The notes under the pieces: generated by a model
What the model was told of the DNA's origin: nothing
Seen by the model: the letters and a program-made list of their open reading frames with translations, nothing else
The model's database searches: none
Source of the DNA: Bacteroidales bacterium
GTDB taxonomy: Bacteria; Bacteroidota; Bacteroidia; Bacteroidales; UBA4417
Reading direction: 5' to 3'
Assembly: GCA_035403045.1 (NCBI GenBank)
Contig: DAONEL010000004.1
Location: 1-53,044 of the forward strand
Length of the DNA: 53,044 nucleotides
Shown: positions 34,954 through 44,500 of the stretch, in pieces
How the letters are laid out: the number at the start of each line of letters is the position of its first letter
Numbering within the stretch: position 1 is the first letter of the stretch
Translations under genes and position numbers: made by a program

Positions 34954-36786
34954 ATGAGTAAATCTGCTATAAGGACTACACTGCTTAGCCTGCTGGCTGT
35001 TGTACTTTCAATCACCGCCTGTGTAAAAGGCGACTTTGATGAACCGCCTATCAACATCCCAACCGTTGATTTTTCTTCAAATACAACCATTTCTGCATTA
35101 AAAGCGCTTTACCAGGGTTCGCTCGATTCAATCGGTGATGACCTCATAATAAAAGGTAAGGTTGTAGCCAATGATGAATCAGGTAACCTATATAAGAAAT
35201 TGGTAATCCAGGACGAAACAGCTGGTATCGAAATTCTGCTGAATAAGACCAGCCTCTACAACGAGTACAAATTAGGCCAGGAAGTTTATGTAAAATGTAA
35301 AGGGATGTACCTTGGGGACTACGGTGGACTCATTCAGTTAGGATATACATTTGAAAACAAAATCGGACAGTTGCCTGAAATATTAATTCCTGATCACCTG
35401 TTTCGAGACAGTCTTCCGGGAGGTATTCCTGAACCGGTCCAGATAGACTTGGGTGGCGATAATTCAGCTTATTTGAGTATGCTGGTTTCTATTGATAATG
35501 CCAATTTTGCTGACGGAGGTAAAAATACATGGGCTACTGCTGATGCAACAACCAACCGTACACTCACTGCGGGCGGTAATTCAATTGTCGTCCGTACAAG
35601 CAATTATGCAACATTTGCCCTTGATACCATTCCTGCTGGTTATGGTAAAGTATTAGGCATCCTGAGTTCATATAATGGCACATTACAGCTGACAGTTCGC
35701 GATACCAGCGATGCGAAGAACTTCTCAGGCGTGATACCAGTGTCCCCTGATTTTGTTTACCCGGCAACTGGTTTAACAGCGGTAACCGGAATAGACGAGA
35801 AATTTAACAGTGCAACTGCAAGCACTGATATAGCAATTGAAGGCTGGACAAACCAGGCAGCAGCAGGTTCGCGCAACTGGCAGGGTAAAACTTTCCAGAG
35901 CGAGATTTATGCCCAGGCCTCTTCATACAACACAACCGATGCCGAGAACAAACCCTGGCTGGTCACACCACCTATTGTTTATTCACCGTCACTGAAACTT
36001 TCGTTCAAATCTGAAAAAGCCTACTATGTCACCGACCAGCTTTCGGTTTGGATACTTTATAATTATACAGGAGAAGCTTCAACCGCTACATGGACCCAGA
36101 TCAACGCAACACTGGCCGGAGCCAGCGATCCTGATTACACATGGGTTCCTTCAGGCAATATTAACCTTTCGGATTATGTTCCGTCAGGCTATACCGGCAA
36201 TGTTTACATCGGATTCAAATACGAAGGTGATGCCACCAACACATCAACTTTCTGCATTGACGATATCCTGGTAGGAACCGGCGGTGGAGGTGGTGCCACA
36301 ACTTTCCTTGATGAATCGTTTGCTGCCGGTCAGGGAGCTTTCACTGCACAAAGCATTGTTGGCGACCAGGTTTGGACATGGGATACCTACAAATACATGA
36401 AGATGTCAGGTTATTACAGCAGTGCAAGCCACCAGAACGAAGACTGGCTGATATCACCTGCCATGGACCTCAGTTCGGCAACCAATGCCGCTGTTACTTT
36501 TGATCACACCATCAATAAGGGACTTCTGGCCAATCTTCAGACCAACCACACACTTTGGGTATCAAAGAACTATAACGACGGAGCCCCCAGCACAGCCACC
36601 TGGGAACAGGTTACAATCACAACTTACCCGGCTGGTAACAGCTGGACCTTTGTGAACTCAGGCTCCTGTCAGCTCCCGGCTTCAATGTTAGGTCAGCCGA
36701 ATGTTCGCATTGCTTTCAAGTATCTCTGTTCCGACAGCGAGTCAGCTAGCTGGGAAATAAAGAACGTGAAAGTTGCCAGCGAATAA
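34954..36786 (+). CDS. Surface lipoprotein partner of the TonB-dependent receptor (DUF5689-like OB-type N-terminal module + two choice-of-anchor-J-like beta domains)
   Basis: Lipobox LSITAC. It starts 57 nt after the receptor gene. The N-terminal module aligns by eye with the N-terminus of the PLD protein. Two C-terminal beta-rich domains each carry W..(Q/T)...W-type motifs (EGWTNQAAAGSRNWQ and GDQVWTWDTYKYM). Family names are recalled, not searched. Confidence 0.8.
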   Translation: MSKSAIRTTLLSLLAVVLSITACVKGDFDEPPINIPTVDFSSNTTISALKALYQGSLDSIGDDLIIKGKVVANDESGNLYKKLVIQDETAGIEILLNKTSLYNEYKLGQEVYVKCKGMYLGDYGGLIQLGYTFENKIGQLPEILIPDHLFRDSLPGGIPEPVQIDLGGDNSAYLSMLVSIDNANFADGGKNTWATADATTNRTLTAGGNSIVVRTSNYATFALDTIPAGYGKVLGILSSYNGTLQLTVRDTSDAKNFSGVIPVSPDFVYPATGLTAVTGIDEKFNSATASTDIAIEGWTNQAAAGSRNWQGKTFQSEIYAQASSYNTTDAENKPWLVTPPIVYSPSLKLSFKSEKAYYVTDQLSVWILYNYTGEASTATWTQINATLAGASDPDYTWVPSGNINLSDYVPSGYTGNVYIGFKYEGDATNTSTFCIDDILVGTGGGGGATTFLDESFAAGQGAFTAQSIVGDQVWTWDTYKYMKMSGYYSSASHQNEDWLISPAMDLSSATNAAVTFDHTINKGLLANLQTNHTLWVSKNYNDGAPSTATWEQVTITTYPAGNSWTFVNSGSCQLPASMLGQPNVRIAFKYLCSDSESASWEIKNVKVASE

Positions 36787-36818
36787 GGCAGGCTGATTAT
36801 CCTTTCAAAATTCTCAGA

Positions 36819-36849
36819 GCGGGATGCTATCAGGCTTCCCGCTTTTTTT
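36819..36849 (+). terminator. Rho-independent terminator
   Basis: GCGGGA (36819-24) pairs with TCCCGC (36837-42), followed by TTTTTTT. Confidence 0.7.
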
Positions 36850-37206
36850 ATTTCTGGTGCAGGGAAGTAAAGCTAATTGCCGGTGAATGAAGTTGAAAAA
36901 GGACCGACACTTTCCGGGATCGTCGTATTATTATTTCTGCCTTCGCTCTTTCATTATTGCACATTTCTTTGGAAATTTATAAAGCAAAGGCCACTAAGTG
37001 TTCAACATAGACACATTTTTTCCAGGCCGATTTAGTCCCTTCTTCGCATTTATAGCTGTAAAAGTTAACCATCCGGAAAGCAAGGAGATTCTTAATGTAT
37101 GTGAGTGTAGTGACATCAAATTATACCGGGTTTTACTAATTGCCCGTTAAAACAGAAAATGAAGCGCAGGGCAGCTGAGTTGAAAATGAGTGCACTTATA
37201 GTTTGC

Positions 37207-37241
37207 AAAAAAAAAGATGCCTGTCAGGCATCTTTTTTTTT
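37207..37241. terminator. Strong bidirectional terminator
   Basis: AAAAAAAAAGATGCCTG-t-CAGGCATCTTTTTTTTT is a perfect palindromic hairpin with A- and T-runs. It lies 20 nt downstream of the PorP/SprF gene stop. Confidence 0.85.
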
Positions 37242-37260
37242 CTTTATCGTTGATTGACTG

Positions 37261-38379
37261 CTAGAACGGGCAGCATTCCATTTCACGGAACTTGGTGCCA
37301 CGGTAGCTGGGAGCAAATCCGCCGCCGCCATCGCCAAACAGGCTGAAGTTATCGAATTCGAAGATGAGCGAAATTTCGTGTGAAGCCTTGGCTGCAGTGC
37401 GAAGCTCGGTGATGATATAATCGTAAGTGTACATGATCTTCAGGCGGGTTTCACGGTTGAAGGGTGCATTCACACCAACCGAAAACATGGCATCATTGGC
37501 TTTGAAAAGATCGAAAGTCTGATTACGGAACCAAACACCAAAATAGATGGACGATTTCAAAACGTTCACACCAACCGAGTATGTGGAGAATTCCGACTGC
37601 TTTTCATAAATAAAGCCGGGATTGAATTTGAATGAACCTGTGTTACGGTAATTACGGTATGATGAGCCGCGTCCCTGATCCATTTCAAGCACCAGGTCTC
37701 CGTTGATCACAAGTTTACGGGGTATTTGGGCTGTGAGCCCCAGGAACGATTCATTGGGTGTAAATGCGTGATGCAGTGCAGCACCAATGGTTCCCTGGAT
37801 AGCTGAAAAGCTCCATCCTGTTTCAGCAAAGCGATATACACCACCGATCGAAAAATCAGGATACGTCACATTGTTTTTATCAGGTGCTTCGAAATTTGTA
37901 GGGTAAATGTTGCCATACCTTGCACTGAGCTGGTCGGTGAAAACCAGGTGGTCCCAGTCAATGGTTTTCTGGACGAATGAAACCAGGAAACCCACCTGGG
38001 CGACCATGTTTTCCTGCAGCGGAACACGTGCAGCGGTACCTATACCAACGTTATTGGTCTTGATCATCCCTGTTCCTGCTTTATCGGAAAGCACAAGCAT
38101 TCCCAGGCCACCTGAACCGGGGATTCCGCGTTCAGCTACATCCATAGAGAAGCTGTACGTCTTGAAATCGGTAGGAAGGCCGGTCCACTGGTCACGGTAG
38201 TTGAATCGTGCCCTGTAACCCGGATTCAGTCCGATGTATCCCGGATTGTAGTATATGGGATTGTTGTAAAACTGGGTGAAATGCGGGTCCTGCGCTTTAA
38301 GGTCCACAGCCGGCATAAGCGAGAGCAAAATCAGCAATGCCGGAGCTAGAATGTTGCAGGTTAAGGAAAATCTTTTCAT
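37261..38379 (-). CDS. PorP/SprF-family type IX secretion system outer-membrane protein
   Basis: A signal peptide is followed by the family signature QDPHFTQFYNNPIYYNPGYIG. It is a beta-barrel-like protein of 372 aa, immediately downstream of a type B CTD cargo gene. Confidence 0.88.
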   Translation of the reverse strand: MKRFSLTCNILAPALLILLSLMPAVDLKAQDPHFTQFYNNPIYYNPGYIGLNPGYRARFNYRDQWTGLPTDFKTYSFSMDVAERGIPGSGGLGMLVLSDKAGTGMIKTNNVGIGTAARVPLQENMVAQVGFLVSFVQKTIDWDHLVFTDQLSARYGNIYPTNFEAPDKNNVTYPDFSIGGVYRFAETGWSFSAIQGTIGAALHHAFTPNESFLGLTAQIPRKLVINGDLVLEMDQGRGSSYRNYRNTGSFKFNPGFIYEKQSEFSTYSVGVNVLKSSIYFGVWFRNQTFDLFKANDAMFSVGVNAPFNRETRLKIMYTYDYIITELRTAAKASHEISLIFEFDNFSLFGDGGGGFAPSYRGTKFREMECCPF

Positions 38380-38503
38380 CGCAAGGTTTTTTGTTGTCGT
38401 ACCGTGGCTTTTATCATATTAATTGCCCGAAACGCCATTGGTAACAGTGCGTTGCACGGATAAAAGAGGATAAAAGTACAACATTTTTTTACTTTTCAAA
38501 TTT

Positions 38504-41500
38504 TTATCTGATTAATGTTACAGTTCCGGTGTCAGTCTGTGGTAGAATTGTATTATCGCCAACATTAACGCCGTCCCATTTAGTACCATCGGTAAATGTT
38601 GCGCTGGCTCTCCACATGTAAACTCCTGACTGCACAGGCACACTGTTAAGGGTTCCGTCCCAGCCTTCAACAGGGGTTCCGTTCTTATCCAGTTTTTCTG
38701 ACGACCAGATTACGTTCCCCCAGCGGTCAAGCACTTCAATATGGTAATCCCTCAGGTTCATGCCAACCGGCTTGAAGAGCCTTACACTTTCCTGCGGATC
38801 ATCCGGCGAAAATGCATTGGGAATGTATAATCCCTTGAAGGTGAGCTCATATTTGATTTCTGCGGTGTCGGCGCAATTCTGGCCATTCCAGGTAATCAGC
38901 CTGATGGTGTACGAACCGCCTTTATCATAGGTAGTTACAGGGCTCTCTGCATAAGATGTCTTGCCGTCACCAAAGTCCCACAGGTAATTTGATCCATTGA
39001 TAGTACCATTCTGAATCTGTATCTGTCCTTGTGTATCACCGTAATTATCTTTGATAGTGAAAGCTGCTACCGGACTGCTGTTTACAGCAACCTGTTTCCC
39101 AGTCTTGTTCTCGCATCCATGTTTATCGGTTACACTGAGTTCAGTGTAGAATAAGCCGGGGTTAGCGAAATCAAAAGCCGGATTTTGTGAAGTGGCTGCA
39201 CCTATAACTGCACCTGCATCGTCATGGAAGTACCAGTTCCACGATTTAAGAGGTGCCGAGGCGGTATCTGATTTATCAACAAACTGAACAGGATCGCCGT
39301 CGCAGGAGCTTTGCCAGTTAAATTCAGCTTTCGGACTGTCAAATACATTCACTGTGTGAACGATTGTATCCGTGCAGCCCATCGTATTGCCGGCAACCAT
39401 CTTCACATCATAACCACCTGCTTCGGTATAGAGATAGCTGGGATCCAATGCCGAACTTGTATCATGCACTGAAGCGAAATCACCAAAATCCCATGAATAA
39501 TCCCTTACCTGCAATCCGTTCTGATTGGTTGTGTTTTTGAATTCAGATGATGTGCTAAGGCAAACGTCATTCCATACAAACTGGGCCCTTGGGGCGGGAT
39601 GCACCCATACAGCTTTGGCGCTCGTATCGGCTGCTGCAACTCCGCCTACGAGTTGGGTGTTAACTACCAATCGCACGGTATATGTTCCGGCTGATGTAAA
39701 TGTATGTTCAACCAGATCCTGTGGCGAGGTATAAGCCTGAGTGGTGCCGTCACCAAAATCCCACATCCAGTTGGCAATAGGCCCGGCACAAGTGCTCATA
39801 TCACTGAAATGCATCGTACGGTTCTGGCAGGCTGTTGTATCATTGATGTTGAAATTACTGGCAATGCAAGGCAGCCTTTTTACTGAATCAGTAACTGAAC
39901 TTACACATCCATGTGCGTTTGTTACGGTGAGCGATGTCATATACAGACCAGCATTCGGATATGAATGACTTACATTGGGATTAGCCGGGGCATTGATAGT
40001 GACAGTGTTGCCGTCACCAAATTCCCAAATCCATTGCGTAAGGTTTGTGCCTGAAGTAAGATCTTTCAGTTCAACCATGTCAGTGCAATCACCACCGGTA
40101 TAACTGAATTTTGGTTTTGGAAGGCCAACTATTTCTACCTGACGGTAAATAGTAGTTGTGCAGAGCGAAGGAGTTGTAGCTGTTAATGTTACAACATACG
40201 TACCGGCTTTCGAGAACCTATGGGCAGGATACCTGAGAGTTGACAGGTTGTAGATGCCGGTGTTCGGGTCGCCGAAATTCCAGCTGTAGAAAGCGATCGA
40301 ATCGGTTACAGGTGGAAGTAATTGCGGGGAGAACTGCGTGGTATCGCCAAAACATGTTTCAGCTGCAGTAAAGGTCATACTGAGGCCTGAAGGCACATAT
40401 ACCGGTTTTATGATGGTATCGGTACAGCCTTGTGCATTGGTAACGGTTAGTTTTACATTGTACCAGGTGTCGGTATTAAGAAATACATACGTCGGGTTCC
40501 TGAGTGTTGAATAACTGCCGGGTTCAAATTCCCAGTACCAGGAAGTGATCACCGATTGCTGTGAATAGGAAGAATCACTGAACGATACTGAGCCGTGGTG
40601 ACAAGGCTCGGCAATATATGCGAAACCGGCTTCGGGCTTTGGCAGAATGGTTACTGTTGATGTTACCGATCCTGTGCAACCTCCGAGTGTTGTGACTTCC
40701 AGCGATACCTGGTATGTGCCGCCGGTGGCATACATCCAAACCGGGTTTTGTAGCGAGGAAGTATCATTTGCGCTTCCGCCGACACCAAAATCCCACGACC
40801 ATGATACAATAGGATCACCATCAGGTACAAAGCTCTGGTCGGTGAAACTGGTGTAGAGGTTTACGCAGCTGTTAACGCTCGAGAATTGTGCAACCGGGCT
40901 TGTGTGTACCGTAATCGGCTGGTCATCAGTATTGTTGCATCCGTTGAGGTCGGTGATTGTCAGGATAATGGTGTAATTGCCGGGTGCATTATAGGTGTGA
41001 CTTGGATTAGCCAATGAGGAGTGTGGTGTGCCGTCGCCAAAATCCCAATCGTATGAAGCAATATCGGCCGGATTGGTGATGGCGGAATCAATACTGAGAA
41101 TAACAGGTGTGCCGAAACATGCCGGAATGCCGCTGGCAATAGCCACTGCGGTAGGCGGTGTTACAGTTATATTCTGGCTGATATTTGCAGTGCAGCCATT
41201 CATATTTTCAACCTGCAGTGTTACCGTATAGGTGCCGGGCTGACTGTAAATATGCTGGGGATTCTGCATATAGGAAGTATTGCTTCCTGAAGCAGGATCA
41301 CCGAAATTCCATGACCATGATACAATGGTTGACCCGCCCGAGGCTTGTGATTGGTCGGTGAACATGGCCGGTTGACCTGGGCAGCTGCCCTGAACCTCAA
41401 AAGCGGCTACAGGGGCAAAATTGACGGTTACAGCAAGGGTCACATCATCTTCGCAACCCGCAGTTGTAGTGATCGAAAGGGTTACATTGTAGGTGCCGGC

Positions 41501-44500
41501 TACTGCAAATACATGTTCAATGTCGGGATTGGCAGGAGCGTAGATGGTTGTATCGGTTCCGTCATCAAAATTCCAATGCCATGAACTGATCGTCCCGTTT
41601 GAAGTAGTTGACATATCATTGAAAGCCACCGGCATTCCGCTGCACGAGAGCGATGAAGTTGCAAAGGCTGCTACAGGAGCCTGGGTAACGGGAACAATGC
41701 GGGTTTTGGTATTATCGCAACCGCTTGTATCATTGATGGTGAGGCTTACATTGTAGAAGCCGGGCATTGCATATACGTGGAACGGATCACTGTCAGTTGA
41801 AGTGTTTCCGTCGCCAAATTGCCAGAGCCATGATACGGTGGTTGTCATGTTCACCGAAGCAGAGCTTACAAAATGAACTGTATCGTTGGCGCAACCGGCA
41901 TTGAATGTAAAATCGACAGCCGGCGCCGGGCTGATGACTACACTTTTAACAATTGTATCGAAGCATCCATTCACATTTCCGGTGATGAGTTTCACAGGAT
42001 AAGTTCCCGGCATGGAGTAGGTGTGCTGCGGGTTCTGCAGCATTGATGAATTGCTGCCACCGGCATAAATATCACCAAAGTTCCAGTTCCAGCTGGTAAT
42101 TGTGCCACCTTGTGAGAGATCGTTAAAATGAACAGGATCAGCCACGCACGAACCATCAAAGCTGAAATTGGCCAGCGGGCTCTGCAATACATTTACCGGA
42201 ATAGTCCTGCTTGCCGAGCAACTGTCGTTGGTCACAACTGTGAGAGTGACAGGGAATTGTCCGTATGTAGCATATGTATGCGTGATGTTCGGATTTTCAG
42301 GGATTGTGATTGTCTGGCTTGTTCCATCGCCAAAATCCCAGGTCCATTCAACAATGTACCCAACCTGAACTGAGGCAAGACTGTTAAAAGTTATTGCGTT
42401 GCCGGAGCACGAAGGTTGGCTGCTGGTGAAGTTTGAAACAGGTGAAGGGACAATTGTAACTGTGTGAGTAATGCTGTTAGAGCAGCCTGCTGTGTCGGTG
42501 ATGGTAAATGTTACCTGGTAATTTCCGATTGTAGCATACTGATGTGCAGGTTGTTGCAGGCTGGATGTTGATCCGTCACCAAAATCCCAGAACCAGGTAT
42601 CAATGCCGGCCACAGGAATTGTAGCGGCGGGGGTGAACAAGGTGGCAGTGCCGGCGCAGTTCTGCTGGAATGTGAATTCTGCAGCAGGAGCCGGGACTAT
42701 TGTCACAGGTATTATGACTTCATCAGAACATCCGTTAGCAGTGGTAACGGTAAGAGAAACATTGTAAGTACCTGTGGCTGCATATTCATGCAAAGGGTTC
42801 TGGAGAGTGGACGTGTTGGCAATACCCGAAGCCGGGTCACCGAAATTCCATGCCCAGGCGGTAACGTTGCCACCTCCGGCCAACTGCGAAAGGTCATTGA
42901 ACTGCGTGAGATTGTCCTGGCAGTTGTGATCAAAGGCAAAATTGGCAACCGGCGCGGGGTTTATGGTTATACTATTGGTAACTTCGGCAGTGCAACTGTC
43001 GGTAACAGTGATTTTTAACGTGACGAAATATGTTCCTGCAGCATCATAAATATGCTCAACATTTGGATTGTCAGGGTGGTTTACAACAAGAGTATCACCA
43101 TCACCAAATATCCATTCCCAGCGATGAATGTAACCGGCAACTGCAAGACTCTGGTCAGTGAACTGAACAGGAGAATCCTCACATAACCATGGCTCAGTGC
43201 TGAAATTGGCAACAGGCTCCGGATTGACAACCAGTAGCTGCGAACCGTAATCCACGCAATCGCTGGTATCAGTAATTGTCAGCGTGACCTGGTAGGTTCC
43301 CGGCAAAGTGTAAGCATGTGATGCAAACATTTCATTGCTGGTGAGGCCGTCGCCAAAATCCCAGAGCCAGGTAGCAACAGCACCGGCATTAATCGAGGTA
43401 GTGTCGGGGATAAAGTGTGTCAATTCATCGATGCAGGTATAGGTATGTGTGAACTGAACATCCTGGGGAGGCAATATTATAACCGGTTTCACAATGGTAT
43501 CGGTGCAGTTGTTGAAATTACGAACCACATGTGTCACCATATAAGTGCCCGGTTTGCTGAAGGTGTGTGTCGGGTTTTCGAGTTCAGAGGTGTTGTTGAT
43601 TCCTGAAATGGGATCGTCAAAATTCCACCACCATTGAACCACATTGCCGGCTCCGTTAGCATAGGAAGCATCAAAGAAGTTCACCACAGTGGAATCACAT
43701 TCTCCGTTGTAATAGAAATTGGCGACAGGGGCAGGAATAACCGTAACCGGCATGATGATGGAGTTTTCGCATCCGAACGAATTGCGGATAGTGAGCACCA
43801 CGTTGAATACGCCGGAAGTGTCGAACAGGTGCCTTACATTGGGATCATCAGGGAAATTGATGGTATCGTTGGGTAAACCATCATTGTAATGCCATACCCA
43901 TTGTTCGATATAACCATATAGTGTATGCGAAAGGTCTTTAAACTGAACTTCTTCGTTGGAACAGTTAGGATCGCTGGTTGCAAACAGGGCTGCGGGAGGC
44001 TGCGAAACATACACTTCATGTTGCACTATTCTTACATAACCTGTTGTATCAATGGCTGTTAAACGTACATTGTAAGGGCCCCAACCCGGGAATATGTGCG
44101 CAGGGTTCATCAGCAACGACGAGCCGCCGTCACCGAAATCCCAATACCATGAAGCTATTGCTCCGGTATTGGTGGCAACAGGATCAACAAAGAAATCGAC
44201 CGATTCATGTTCGCACGATGCTCCCCAGGTGAAATCAACACCCGGATTCGGGTCAAAACTCAGGATCATATGGTCGTTGTCCTCACCGCAGGGTGAAATG
44301 CCATTGCCTGTAAGTGTAAGTACAACTGAGCCAAGAGCATAATCAGTTGTGCTGGGGTAATAGAACGGATGAAGATCGGTTGAATTGCTGAAAGTACCCG
44401 TTCCCGAAGTAATCCAGTAAACTGATGTTGTATTGCTTGCAGCCGAATTGGTAATCTGGTAATTGCAGGCATCGCATACAACAGCATCAGGACCGGCATC

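Noticed and set aside
36850-37206. A ~360-bp ORF-free gap bounded by two strong terminators, examined for a tRNA, small RNA, riboswitch or IS remnant.
   Set aside because: I found no tRNA-like T-arm (GGTTCGAAT-type), no exact promoter box, no long hairpins and no recognisable transposase fragment in any frame. An sRNA ending at the 37207..37241 hairpin remains possible but cannot be supported from sequence alone.
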